Counted from the first letter of the whole stretch, positions 9,958 through 19,871 are shown. The stretch is DNA of 61,900 nt, filler included, from Candidatus Zapsychrus exili (GCA_030765585.1; 7 parts of 7 records of this genome joined end to end with filler, not necessarily neighbours in it), one strand, 5' to 3'. Numbers and translations: made by a program. The notes: generated by a model from the letters alone, not told the origin.

Positions 9958-10296
9958 ATGTATAAAAAAACTTTAGAATTAGATTACATTTCCCTTGACA
10001 AATGTAATTTTTCGTGTATTCTTTTGAGTGATATGAGTGATCAATTTTGGAAGATATATAAGGAGTGCAAGGCGCATACGGATGAACTGCTGGAAGTAGC
10101 TGGCAAGGATAAGGAAAAACAGAGGAAGACCTACGCACGGAAAATATATGATTATAGGAAAGCGCATGATTTAACCCGGGATGAACTGGCAAAAAAACTA
10201 AAGGTTTCTAAAATGGAGATTTTGCGCTGGGAAAACGCAAAGCATATGCCAAGTGAACTAGCTATTGATAAGATGAAGCAAGTAGGTATTTTGTAG
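9958..10296 (+). CDS. XRE-family HTH protein
   Basis: LTRDELAKKLKVSKMEILRWEN..HMP. Confidence 0.75.
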   Translation: MYKKTLELDYISLDKCNFSCILLSDMSDQFWKIYKECKAHTDELLEVAGKDKEKQRKTYARKIYDYRKAHDLTRDELAKKLKVSKMEILRWENAKHMPSELAIDKMKQVGIL

Positions 10297-10367
10297 AAGA
10301 GGAATTTTTTTGTTTAGAAAATCACACGCAAGATAACAATTGTAGTCAAATATGTAAGGAGGTTAGC

Positions 10368-11642
10368 ATGGATGCAATCATGGAAATAAAAAAGATACCG
10401 ATTACCGAAATAAACCCTGCATCATATAATCCGCGTAAGGATTTGCAGCCAGGAAACAAAGAGTATGAAAAATTGCAAAAAAGTATAGAAGAGTTTGGTT
10501 ATGTTGAACCATTGGTTTGGAATAAAAGCACAGGGACACTTATCTCAGGGCATCAGCGTTTAAAAATTCTTAAAGCCCAAGGCGTAAAAGAAGTCGAAGT
10601 TAGTGTAGTCGATCTTTCGGCTGAGAAAGAAAAAGTTTTAAATATCGCGCTTAACAAGATCGAAGGCCGTTGGGACGAGAAAAAGCTATCCGGCATTTTA
10701 TTTGAATTAACCAAAATGCCCGATTTTGAATTTGAATTAACTGGCTTTGAGCTACCGGAGCTTTCGCAACTATTGGATCGCTACCAAGAAATTAAAGATG
10801 GCGATGATTATGATTTCGATGCGGCAATTAATGCCTTGGGAGAAATTATTACAAAGCGAGGGGATATCATTGAGTTGGGGTGGCATAGGATCCTTTGTGG
10901 AGATAGTAGCAATAAAGACGATATAAAACGTCTTATGGCAAATGAAGCAGCTGATCTTCTCTACACCGATCCGCCATACAATGTTAACTATTATGGTGGT
11001 CATCGACCACACACGAAAGCTCGTCCCAAGAAGTGCAAACACTGGGTAAAGGTCTACCAAGATAATCTTTCTGACCAAGAATATAGGGATAAGCTTAAGA
11101 GTGTCCTTGTAAATATTTGTGAGTTCTTAAGTCCAAATGCTGTTTCCTATATTTGGAATGCCCATAAAAATTTTGGTCTGATGCATGATATTTTAATAGA
11201 CCTTAATTTTCATGTGGCTTCAGTCATCGTATGGGCAAAGCCGAATTTCTCGATATCGTTTGCTGACTACAGCGAACAAGTGGAGTTTTGTTTATACTCA
11301 TGGCGTTGTGGTAATGGTGCACATCCTTGGTACGGAAAAAATGAGACGACGCTATGGCAGATTAAACGTGACCCACCTACCAGCCTTATTCACCCTACTC
11401 AAAAGCCTGTAGCGCTTGCTTCGCGTGCTCTCGCAAATAGTTCAAAGCGTGGCGATTTCGTTGCGGATTTATATCTTGGTAGTGGCAGCACACTTATCTC
11501 GGCCGAAAGTTTAGGTAGGCGGTGTTTCGGCATGGAGATTGATCCAAAATTCTGCGACGCCATTGTGCGTCGTTATATTGCTTACGTTGGTAAGAATAAA
11601 GTTTCAAGAGATATCGTTAAACGTTATCTGAAGGAGGATTAA
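10368..11642 (+). CDS. ParB-like domain fused to N4/N6 DNA methyltransferase (phage type)
   Basis: YNPRK..SIEEFGYVEP..ISGHQR; HRILCGDS, TDPPYN, HPTQKPV, DLYLGSGSTL; RBS AAGGAGG. Confidence 0.92.
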   Translation: MDAIMEIKKIPITEINPASYNPRKDLQPGNKEYEKLQKSIEEFGYVEPLVWNKSTGTLISGHQRLKILKAQGVKEVEVSVVDLSAEKEKVLNIALNKIEGRWDEKKLSGILFELTKMPDFEFELTGFELPELSQLLDRYQEIKDGDDYDFDAAINALGEIITKRGDIIELGWHRILCGDSSNKDDIKRLMANEAADLLYTDPPYNVNYYGGHRPHTKARPKKCKHWVKVYQDNLSDQEYRDKLKSVLVNICEFLSPNAVSYIWNAHKNFGLMHDILIDLNFHVASVIVWAKPNFSISFADYSEQVEFCLYSWRCGNGAHPWYGKNETTLWQIKRDPPTSLIHPTQKPVALASRALANSSKRGDFVADLYLGSGSTLISAESLGRRCFGMEIDPKFCDAIVRRYIAYVGKNKVSRDIVKRYLKED

Positions 11643-11643
11643 T

Positions 11644-12324
11644 ATGTGTGCAGAAAAAATTAATAGTACCGAGATATCTGCATTGCAATTACTTCAGGAT
11701 ATTAATTCTGGATTGATCAACCCGAAAACGATCGATAAGCAGAGTCGTCAACAATGTATCGAGTCATTAGTGGCAGAAGGTTACACCTACCAACAAATTT
11801 CGCAGATTCTTAAGTGTTCCGAAAAGACCGTTTCTCGAGACATAAAGGAGATACGTACACGTAATGAGCTTATACCGAGTGTTGAATTTGCCAAGCAGTT
11901 TATTGGTGAGGTATTTCATAAGGCGATGAGCCACCATGGTTTCTTGGTGCGCACGGCACGCGCCAAAGATGCATCTTCTGCGGAGAAAATTCAAGCTGAA
12001 TACGCAGCATGGAAGGTTCTAAAAGAGCTTATGGAGAAATTTCAGTCTTTAGGATATTTGCCATCAAAGCCCACCGAGGTTATCGGTAACTTTTATCACC
12101 ACACCGATAATGATGAAAATAATTCTCCGGAAGCAATGCGTAAGATGCTTCTTAGTATTGAAGAGGCAGCAAAAGATGCCGGTGTCCTAGATAAGGAGGT
12201 GATTGCAAAAATAGAACTATTAAAGGCACGCATTGCCCAGTCGGAGATTGTAGTAGATATAAAACAGTTAGAAGGTAAAACCTTAAAAGAAAATGAGAAA
12301 AACCATGAAGAAGGACATAAGTAG
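11644..12324 (+). CDS. HTH protein in terminase small-subunit position
   Basis: GYTYQQISQILKCSEKTVSRDI HTH; sits between the MTase and TerL. TerS role is inference. Confidence 0.6.
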   Translation: MCAEKINSTEISALQLLQDINSGLINPKTIDKQSRQQCIESLVAEGYTYQQISQILKCSEKTVSRDIKEIRTRNELIPSVEFAKQFIGEVFHKAMSHHGFLVRTARAKDASSAEKIQAEYAAWKVLKELMEKFQSLGYLPSKPTEVIGNFYHHTDNDENNSPEAMRKMLLSIEEAAKDAGVLDKEVIAKIELLKARIAQSEIVVDIKQLEGKTLKENEKNHEEGHK

Positions 12325-13951
12325 TAGTATCAGAGAATTACAAAAGGAAGTAGCGCGCAAGAGCCTTAAGGTTTTTGCAACTACCTATTTCAAGCACTAC
12401 ATTAAGTGCAGCTTTGCAGATTTTCACCTTGAGTTATTTGATTATCTGACCGAAATTACCTTAAAACGAGGTAGGCAGCTTGCAATTGCCGCACCCAGAG
12501 GAAACGCTAAAAGTAGTATAGTAAGCCTCATGTATGCGCTCTGGTGTATCTGTTATGGGTATGAGAAGTGTGTTGTGCTTTTTTCAAGCACCCGGAAGCA
12601 ATCAGGAAAGTTGCTCGGTCATATTAAGGATGAATTGAGCTCTAACATGGAACTTAAAAGAGACTTTCCCGAAGTTTGCGAGCCACCGAATCCGCGTTGG
12701 AGAGATGATGAGATTACTACCAAAAGTGGAGTTAATGTTATGTCATCAAGTGTAGAGCACGGGATAAGGGGTATCCGGCATAAGGATAGCCGTCCAGGTC
12801 TCACTATTCTTGATGACGTTGAGTCTGTTGAAAGTATCCGCAGCCAGGAGCAAAGAGAAAAGATTTACGACTGGTTTACAAAAATGGTGTTGAACCTCGG
12901 CTCGAAGAAGAGCAATTACATTATTGTGGGGACAATTCTTCATTTTGATTCTTTGCTTGCAAAGATTATCTTAGGTGAGGAGTTTCCGGGATGGGAGAAA
13001 AGGATTTATAAATCGGTTAAAAGTTTTTCGGCCAGCCCACTCCTCTGGGATAAGTGGGAACAGATTTACCGGGGCAAGGATCTCTATAATGAAGATTCAG
13101 GACCCGAGGTTGCGAAGAAGTTCTTTGAGGATAATAAGGATAAGATGCTTGAAGGCACCGAGGTCTTATGGCCTGAAAAAGAATCCTATTATGAGCTCAT
13201 GCTGATGAAGACCCAAAAGGGCAACCTTAGTTTTGATTCTGAGAAACAGAATGAGCCTAAGGATATAAGCGGCCAGTCAATCGATATGAAAAAGGTCATA
13301 TTTTGGGAAGATAAGCATCAAGCGTTGGAAGAACTTCAAGCGTTCTTAGGGACTCGTAAAGTGGTGCTTGGCGCCTGCGATCCCAGTATCGGTAAAGGCA
13401 AAAAGAGCGACTATTCCGCTATTGTTAACGTGTTTATGGATTACACCAACAAAGATATCTACGTTGTCGATGCTGACATGGGACGGTGGGATGTGCATAC
13501 GTTGGTTGAGCGAATCTGTATACACCATAAGACGCGCAATTTCGCTACCTTTCTCTATGAGGCAAATGCAGCGCAAGCATGGTTAGGGGATATAATTAAG
13601 AAAGCGCCAACAACTATACCTCTAAAACCGGTTACTAACAATACACCAAAGAACTCGCGGATTATGAAGCTCATAGTGTTGATAGAACAAGGCAAGGTGA
13701 AGCTTTCACGAAGACTTAGCGAATTAATCCGGCAGCTGGAACAGTATCCGAACGGTGCACATGATGACGCCATTGATGCTTTGTCCATGTTAATTGATGT
13801 TGCAGAGAATTTCTCGAGGCTCGATGTTGAAAAGATAAAGAAGATTATGGAGCTGGTTAATGGACTAAGTCCCGAAAAAGACCCTAATGCTTTCTTTGTC
13901 CAGGGTGGTAAATATATTTCTAATCCATTTCGTCTCCTTAAGGCAAAATAG
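12293..13951 (+). CDS. Phage terminase large subunit
   Basis: Walker A APRGNAKS, Walker B ILDDVE, IVGTILH, nuclease motifs ACDPS..SDYSAIV and HDDAIDA. Confidence 0.9.
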   Translation: MRKTMKKDISSSIRELQKEVARKSLKVFATTYFKHYIKCSFADFHLELFDYLTEITLKRGRQLAIAAPRGNAKSSIVSLMYALWCICYGYEKCVVLFSSTRKQSGKLLGHIKDELSSNMELKRDFPEVCEPPNPRWRDDEITTKSGVNVMSSSVEHGIRGIRHKDSRPGLTILDDVESVESIRSQEQREKIYDWFTKMVLNLGSKKSNYIIVGTILHFDSLLAKIILGEEFPGWEKRIYKSVKSFSASPLLWDKWEQIYRGKDLYNEDSGPEVAKKFFEDNKDKMLEGTEVLWPEKESYYELMLMKTQKGNLSFDSEKQNEPKDISGQSIDMKKVIFWEDKHQALEELQAFLGTRKVVLGACDPSIGKGKKSDYSAIVNVFMDYTNKDIYVVDADMGRWDVHTLVERICIHHKTRNFATFLYEANAAQAWLGDIIKKAPTTIPLKPVTNNTPKNSRIMKLIVLIEQGKVKLSRRLSELIRQLEQYPNGAHDDAIDALSMLIDVAENFSRLDVEKIKKIMELVNGLSPEKDPNAFFVQGGKYISNPFRLLKAK

Positions 13952-14040
13952 TCAAAGATACCCCTTGATATTCTGGCGCTTCCGAGCCATATATGTACTG
14001 CTTGGAAGCGCCACTTATTTTTAAAGAAAGGAGGTTGTAT

Positions 14041-14328
14041 ATGTGGAAACAAGGAGATTTGCTTGTAATGCGAATTGGGACGATTCCAAATAGCGCGGTA
14101 CGCTATAATAATCGCGTCTTAGCTGAAGGCGAAGCAACAGAGCATCTGCATGAGCTTGACAGCGGTGAAGTTTATATAGAAAAAGACATGCTGTATTTTA
14201 GAATAAATGCAGAAACATCAACGCTTACTCATCCGGAGCATAAATCGCTTATATTTGAACTCGGCTCTTATAAAGTTGTCAGGCAGCGTGAATACGAGCC
14301 AAAAGGATGGTGGTATGTACGCGACTGA
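14041..14328 (+). CDS. Small conserved phage-associated His-motif protein
   Basis: KQGD..LAEGEATEHLH..LTHPEH..GSYKVVRQREY; RBS AGGAGG before ATG 14041. Confidence 0.7.
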   Translation: MWKQGDLLVMRIGTIPNSAVRYNNRVLAEGEATEHLHELDSGEVYIEKDMLYFRINAETSTLTHPEHKSLIFELGSYKVVRQREYEPKGWWYVRD

Positions 14329-14483
14329 TTACGCGAAGATAGGTCATATATGGCTTCAAGGTAGGCTAAAATATGTATACACAAACCCTAATAAATCAAC
14401 CGCGGACTGTCTCGGGATCAAGAAACTTAAGGTTTGTCTAGATTTTTGTATTTTACAGACCCATTAACAGAAGGAGGAATAAA

Positions 14484-15233
14484 ATGGAGGGTTTAAAGGT
14501 TCTGCGCAGTACCCAGATAATAATACTGGGGGTTTGTTTTGTAGTTGCCACAATAGTTTCAACAGTAATTCTTTCAAAAGGGCTTTTACAGATAAAGAAA
14601 TTCTCAAGTGAAGTAGTAACCGTAACTGGGTCGGCCGAAAAAAAGATAGTTTCCGATTATATTGTCTGGAAAGGGCGTTTTTCAAGGCAGGAATCGGAGT
14701 TAAAGACAGGATATGCAAAACTGCAGGATGACCTAAAAAAAGTAAAGGCATACCTTGCTTCCAAGGGTATAAAGGATGACGAATTGATTGTTTCCCAGGT
14801 TGATACCGAAGTTCTGTATAAGAAGAATGAGAAAGGATACAATACAAATGAGATTGAAGCTTACAGGCTTTCTCAGGGTATTGAGGTAAAATCTTATGAT
14901 GTCAAGAAGGTTGAAGATGTCTCCCGTCAATCTACAGAACTTATAGAGCAGGATATTCAGCTTATTTCTAACGCTCCGGAATACTTCTATACCAAGCTTG
15001 CCGAGCTTAAGATTGAAATGCTTTCCAAGGCTACGGAAGACGCCAAGAAGCGCGCTGCTACTATGGCAAATTCAACCGGAAATAAGATAGGCGCCATTCG
15101 TTCCGCAAAGATGGGAACTTTCCAGATTACTCCCGTTAATTCGTATGATGTATCGTGGTATGGCAAAAACGACACCTCCTCTTATGAAAAGAAGGTCATG
15201 GCTGTCGCAAATGCCAGTTTTGCGATAGAGTAA
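14484..15233 (+). CDS. SIMPL (DUF541) domain protein
   Basis: N-terminal TM; VTVTGSAEK, ATEDAKKRA, GAIRSAKMGTFQIT; RBS AGGAGG. Confidence 0.85.
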   Translation: MEGLKVLRSTQIIILGVCFVVATIVSTVILSKGLLQIKKFSSEVVTVTGSAEKKIVSDYIVWKGRFSRQESELKTGYAKLQDDLKKVKAYLASKGIKDDELIVSQVDTEVLYKKNEKGYNTNEIEAYRLSQGIEVKSYDVKKVEDVSRQSTELIEQDIQLISNAPEYFYTKLAELKIEMLSKATEDAKKRAATMANSTGNKIGAIRSAKMGTFQITPVNSYDVSWYGKNDTSSYEKKVMAVANASFAIE

Positions 15234-15344
15234 TAGTAATAAAATTAAATCTGGAAGCGAATTTAATAAATAGTGAATATGGGCTAGCCAACAGGCTGAC
15301 CGCTTAGATTCCCTAGTGGAAATTTACATGCAAGGAGGCAAGCT

Positions 15345-15692
15345 ATGTCAAAATGGAACCCAAATGAAATAAGTAAACAGTTTAAATTTATCGCAGATAA
15401 GGCAGAGAGGTATTTATTGGAAGTAAAAGAAAAAATGAAAGATAGGAAAACTTATGAAGCGATTCACGATGAGTATCTGGCGAAAATCTCTGTGTATTGC
15501 TATCTTTATGGTAGGACATTTCTAAAAACCAGAGAAAGTTTTGTTTCTGAGCTAAAAAGAATGTTAAATAATTCAAGAGAACCGCTTTCGGAAGCCTTGA
15601 ATTCTGAGCGCTTTATTATGTATTGGAAATCATATGTTAAGCAGTTACTTTCACAATATGAAGTTAATACCGAAAAACAACATAATAAATAA
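15345..15692 (+). CDS. Hypothetical protein
   Basis: 115-aa ORF with RBS AAGGAGG. Confidence 0.6.
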   Translation: MSKWNPNEISKQFKFIADKAERYLLEVKEKMKDRKTYEAIHDEYLAKISVYCYLYGRTFLKTRESFVSELKRMLNNSREPLSEALNSERFIMYWKSYVKQLLSQYEVNTEKQHNK

Positions 15693-15804
15693 AGCAATTC
15701 AACACCGACGTCCGGACAAAGAGAGGTGGACAAATCTATCTCATAGTCTTTCAAAGAGTTACGGAATTTGCAGCATCCATACTTTTTCAAAATAAAGGAG
15801 CAAT

Positions 15805-16527
15805 ATGATTTCTATTGCGCAAGATGGGAAAATTAATGTTAACTGGGTCCAAAATGGTATAAGAGGCAAGAAAGTATTCCGCTCTATTAAAGAGGCAGAG
15901 CGATTTCAAGAGCTTGTTGATGATATCCAGAATTCTATAAAACTAGCAGAGGAGATGGGTAAATTTAGCAGAGATTTTGACTATGATCCAAGCCTGGTCA
16001 ATCTTAAAATAGAAAAAGTAGGAAAAGATATAGCAAATCTTAAAGAGAGTTTAAGAGTCAAGCAAACCCTGCAGAAAAAGCTAGGTATGGCTACTCAGAA
16101 ATTATCTGAGCAGCCAAGGAATGTTATTGATAAAGATACCTTTTTTAAAGAGATTAAGTCTTTAAGGCGAGATATAGAGCATTTGGATAGATTCTTTAAA
16201 GAGCATGCAATAGTTTCTTTACATGTTCTAATGAAAGGGACGCTAGAGGAGATGGAAGGATATTTTAAGCAGCAGAAAGAGACAATAAAAGATACAAAAA
16301 ATCTGTTTTGGCAGCTTGAAAAGGACGTTTTGCAGAAATTTTCAAGCATTACAACAAAAGATAGAGTTCTTAGCATAAAAGAGGTGGCAAAGCACCTGGG
16401 AGTAAGTTATTCAGGTGTTCAGACTATGATGTTTATGAAGAAATTACCATATTTTCGTGTAGGCAATAGGTATAGGATAAAAGAGAATGACTTAACAAAA
16501 TGGATAGCACACAATAAGGGCTCTTGA
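15805..16527 (+). CDS. Coiled-coil protein with C-terminal excisionase-type HTH
   Basis: LSIKEVAKHLGVS...LPYFRVGNRYRIKENDL. Confidence 0.75.
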   Translation: MISIAQDGKINVNWVQNGIRGKKVFRSIKEAERFQELVDDIQNSIKLAEEMGKFSRDFDYDPSLVNLKIEKVGKDIANLKESLRVKQTLQKKLGMATQKLSEQPRNVIDKDTFFKEIKSLRRDIEHLDRFFKEHAIVSLHVLMKGTLEEMEGYFKQQKETIKDTKNLFWQLEKDVLQKFSSITTKDRVLSIKEVAKHLGVSYSGVQTMMFMKKLPYFRVGNRYRIKENDLTKWIAHNKGS

Positions 16528-16649
16528 TAGTTGGGTTAATTTCTCCTTGTTTAAAATGCTCAAGAGTATTAAAATATGATTTACTACAGAGAGATGGTAA
16601 CCGTTTCTAATTTTTGGAAAATAGAAACGTTTAAAATCTCAATAATCTT

Positions 16650-17474
16650 ATGAGTAAAGAAAAGAAATTAGCCAAGCTTAAAAAGAAATTTGAAGAAGCT
16701 CAGAAATATGGCTTAGGTCTTCAGAAGGAAGGGGTAAAGATTGTAAGTCATGCAGAGAAAGGTAAAGAGGTTGTCCATTTTATAGAGAACAACAATGGCG
16801 TAATTAATGAACCATATATCCAAGGATGGGTTATCGGTTCCGGGGATCTCATCCCTGCGCATCCCCCCGATAACTTAGGCGAGATTACTAGGTATACTAT
16901 GATGTTAGGAACCTCTTCGGCTACAGCGTCAGCGATTTTTATTAACCCAGGAAGTAATCTATTAAGTTTTGACACAAAGCCCACAATAGATTTTTTGCAA
17001 CATTATGATGAAGATATGGCGGAATTAGATGGGTGCTTAAGAACCTTTACGGATATTTATAAAGATATAGGAGAGTTAGTCGCTATGAGAAAAAGCGCAT
17101 GGGATGTTTTTAATTCAGCGATAGAGACTAACGCGGTCATGGCAAGTCATTCCATGAGGGAGATTTTGTCAAAAGTAATTGCAAAGTTGTCAGATAATAA
17201 AAAAGTGATGGAGTCTGAGTGGTGGAAACCATCAGAGGATAAAGAAACTCCAACCTTACGGCAGCGGTTAAGATACCTACTGCTTGGATCAAAAGAAGGG
17301 AGCAAGGGCCTTGAAATAGTTAGCAATATGGTGGAGAAAAGTTTTGATGCTAATGATAAATTGAAACAGGTGGCCCATGGTTCGAGAGAGTTGAGAGAAG
17401 AAGTCAGAGGAGCCATGCGTATTACCGAATACGCTTTACTTGCTATATTTCGAGCAAAAAATATAAAAAGATAG
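16650..17474 (+). CDS. Predicted pPIWI-associating nuclease (HEPN-like) domain protein
   Basis: SHSMREILSKVIAKLSD..V..SEWW..PTLRQRLRYLL..KQVAH resembles that family. Confidence 0.55.
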   Translation: MSKEKKLAKLKKKFEEAQKYGLGLQKEGVKIVSHAEKGKEVVHFIENNNGVINEPYIQGWVIGSGDLIPAHPPDNLGEITRYTMMLGTSSATASAIFINPGSNLLSFDTKPTIDFLQHYDEDMAELDGCLRTFTDIYKDIGELVAMRKSAWDVFNSAIETNAVMASHSMREILSKVIAKLSDNKKVMESEWWKPSEDKETPTLRQRLRYLLLGSKEGSKGLEIVSNMVEKSFDANDKLKQVAHGSRELREEVRGAMRITEYALLAIFRAKNIKR

Positions 17475-17541
17475 TTATGCAAAATGTGGCCGCTTCAAAT
17501 TTTTGGAAATATAGCATTACAAGCTTTATTAATGGAACTAA

Positions 17542-18981
17542 ATGAAGATTCCTAAAGTATTTATATCGTATAGCTGGTCGTCAGCAAGTCATTGCGATTG
17601 TATTCGTTCATATGCGGAGCGTCTTATCAATGATGGCGTAGATGTTATTTTCGACCAGTGGAGTTTGACAGAAGGCCAAGATAAATACGCTTTCATGGAG
17701 AAAATGGTCACAGATTCCAAAGTGACACATGTACTAATTTTTTCTGATGATCAGTATACAGAAAAAGCAGACGGACGTAAAGCAGGTGTTGGGACCGAAT
17801 CCCAAATCATCTCAAAAGAAGTTTACGATAAAGTTGATCAGAAAAAATTTATTCCGATTATTTGTCAGAAAGATGAAAATGGCGAACCCCGGTTACCGGT
17901 ATTTCTTAGGTCTCGCATTTGGATTGATTTTAGTACTCCAGAAGCAGTAAATGAAAACTGGGAGAAACTATTACGTGTCTTATATGGTAAACCTATTCAT
18001 GAGAAGCCATCTCTAGGCAAGCCACCTTTATTTCTGAACGATACGGAAGTCCGACCGTCACTACCAACAATAGGTAAATTTAATACCCTTCGGGATGCAT
18101 TATTAAATACAAAACCTACAATCGAGTTTTGTCGGAGAGATTTCATTGATACTGTTATTGGTTTTATAGACTCTTTGAGGATTCATAAAAATCCTAACGT
18201 TGAACATAGAGACGAAAAAGTTCTTGATGATCTTCATAAATTATTGCCGGTTCGGGACCAACTGATTGATTGGCTCATTCTCGAATCGAGTTTTGCACAG
18301 GTACCGCGGTTCGATAATATGCTCGTTGAATTTTTAGAGAGAATATTAGCTTTAAAGTGTCGACCTGAAGATGCAACACAGTGGGAACGGTGGTGGTTTG
18401 ATTCGCAGCGTATTTTTGTCTACGAGCTATTTCTTTATATCGTTGCTATTTTAATTAAAGGTGATAGATTCGAAAGCCTACGAAACATATTTACTACTCA
18501 TTTTCTCCTTCCAGAGTCAGAAATCAATGGGGATTATAATTTTGTTTCCTATGATCATTTCCATGGATATTCTGAAGCTCTTGAATATAGGAATAAACGT
18601 TTAAAGCTTAATCGTATCAGTATAGTTGCGGATATCGTTAAAGAAAGAGCGACGCGTCGTGATATTCCATTTCGTGGCGTGATGCAGGCAGACTTAGTAG
18701 TAGTGCTTATTTCCCTACTTTCAAATGATTGTCGTTGGTATCCAAATACACTAGCATATGCTGAACGTGTTGTAAAATTTCCCCTTTTTGTTCGTGCCGC
18801 GCAACATAAGTATTTTGAACGATTGAAACTTATTACTGGTATAAATACTGGTGATATGCTTCGGAAAAAATTTGCAGAAGGATACACCAAACATAATGTA
18901 AGAAGTTGGCATATGATGTTCACCGTATTCATTTCTTTATCTGATTTAATGAACATGAAAGCATTGGACACGATTGACTAA
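17542..18981 (+). CDS. SEFIR/TIR domain protein (bSEFIR-like, putative antiphage)
   Basis: PKVFISYSW..LINDGVDVIFDQW..FMEKMV..GVGTESQII..KFIPI. Confidence 0.82.
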   Translation: MKIPKVFISYSWSSASHCDCIRSYAERLINDGVDVIFDQWSLTEGQDKYAFMEKMVTDSKVTHVLIFSDDQYTEKADGRKAGVGTESQIISKEVYDKVDQKKFIPIICQKDENGEPRLPVFLRSRIWIDFSTPEAVNENWEKLLRVLYGKPIHEKPSLGKPPLFLNDTEVRPSLPTIGKFNTLRDALLNTKPTIEFCRRDFIDTVIGFIDSLRIHKNPNVEHRDEKVLDDLHKLLPVRDQLIDWLILESSFAQVPRFDNMLVEFLERILALKCRPEDATQWERWWFDSQRIFVYELFLYIVAILIKGDRFESLRNIFTTHFLLPESEINGDYNFVSYDHFHGYSEALEYRNKRLKLNRISIVADIVKERATRRDIPFRGVMQADLVVVLISLLSNDCRWYPNTLAYAERVVKFPLFVRAAQHKYFERLKLITGINTGDMLRKKFAEGYTKHNVRSWHMMFTVFISLSDLMNMKALDTID

Positions 18982-19471
18982 AGACGAAGGCAATAAAGTG
19001 GGAAATAGAAGGTACTTTCCGAGTTAACCTGGAAAGTGCATTTGGTTCAAGATGGAAGGTGTACTGGGGGGAGCGTTCCTGTAGTTCCCTCAGGCTAAAA
19101 ACAAGCGTCACGGCTTATAACCGAGGCGCTTTTATTATTACTTGTATACACAAGCGCCTTTATATCGCGCCATATCTCTGGGGTATATATAGGAGAAAAG
19201 GTAACAGTACGAGGTAAGCAATGTACTTTACAGGGTTTGTCCACTTTTTCATACTGGACAAGTGGTTACTCTTTACCCCACAAATAGTTACGCTATTTTG
19301 TGACATAAAATACCGGACAAATAGGACAAATTAGCGAGGGAATTACCTCTCAGTAATTGAATTTTCTTGCTAATACCCCATAATCCTAATATAATAAGGA
19401 CTTGTAAATAAGGATAGGTTCCCTAGGGTGGCACGGCTCAGGGACCCCACTTCTTCGCTCTTCTTCGTCCT

Positions 19472-19499
19472 TTGCACTTCGAAGAGTTTCGAAGTGCAA
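19472..19499. repeat. Perfect 12-bp hairpin
   Basis: TTGCACTTCGAA-GAGT-TTCGAAGTGCAA. Confidence 0.8.
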
Positions 19500-19519
19500 G
19501 CATTGATGATTGGCGGGAA

Positions 19520-19619
19520 NNNNNNNNNNNNNNNNNNNNNNNNNNNNNNNNNNNNNNNNNNNNTTAATTAATTAANNNNNNNNNNNNNNNNNNNNNNNNN
19601 NNNNNNNNNNNNNNNNNNN
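19520..19619. other. Artificial contig linker; same at 29568-29667, 36511-36610, 41347-41446, 52287-52386, 57932-58031
   Basis: Identical 100-nt N44-TTAATTAATTAA-N44 spacers, with stops in all six frames. Confidence 0.97.
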
Positions 19620-19647
19620 AACACTTTAAAATTATTTAATAATTCTT

Positions 19648-19759
19648 TTTTCCTTCTCCCCTTTGGGGAGAAGACCTGTCTTTCTTTAGGAAGACAGAGA
19701 TGAGGGGTAAGAATAAAAGCCCCTCACCCTAACCCTCTCCCCAAAGGGGAGAAGGAAAA
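19648..19759. repeat. REP-like composite palindrome
   Basis: 24-bp perfect terminal inverted repeat TTTTCCTTCTCCCCTTTGGGGAGA (19648-19671 / 19736-19759) with internal hairpins and CCCCTCACCCTAACCCTCTCCCC. Confidence 0.75.
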
Positions 19760-19871
19760 TCTCTTTTTGAAATTAATCATTTCTTCTACTAATTTGTTAC
19801 CATTATTATGAAGTACTACACGGCAGGCAGGTATCCATCTTGAGACCTAAATCAAAACTAACTTTTTAAAA

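Larger units (their letters stand above)
1..19519. mobile_element. Integrative phage-related / defence island (ends not resolved)
   Basis: Serine recombinase, DUF2924, ParB-MTase, terminase large subunit, excisionase-like HTH, several XRE regulators and defence-like cargo; no housekeeping genes. Confidence 0.7.

Noticed and set aside
10368..14328. Complete prophage
   Set aside because: No portal, capsid, tail, lysis or replication genes in this contig.
19511..19519. TGGCGGGAA (reverse complement TTCCCGCCA) as a tRNA 3' end or att site
   Set aside because: Only 9 nt at a contig edge, with no matching second copy seen.
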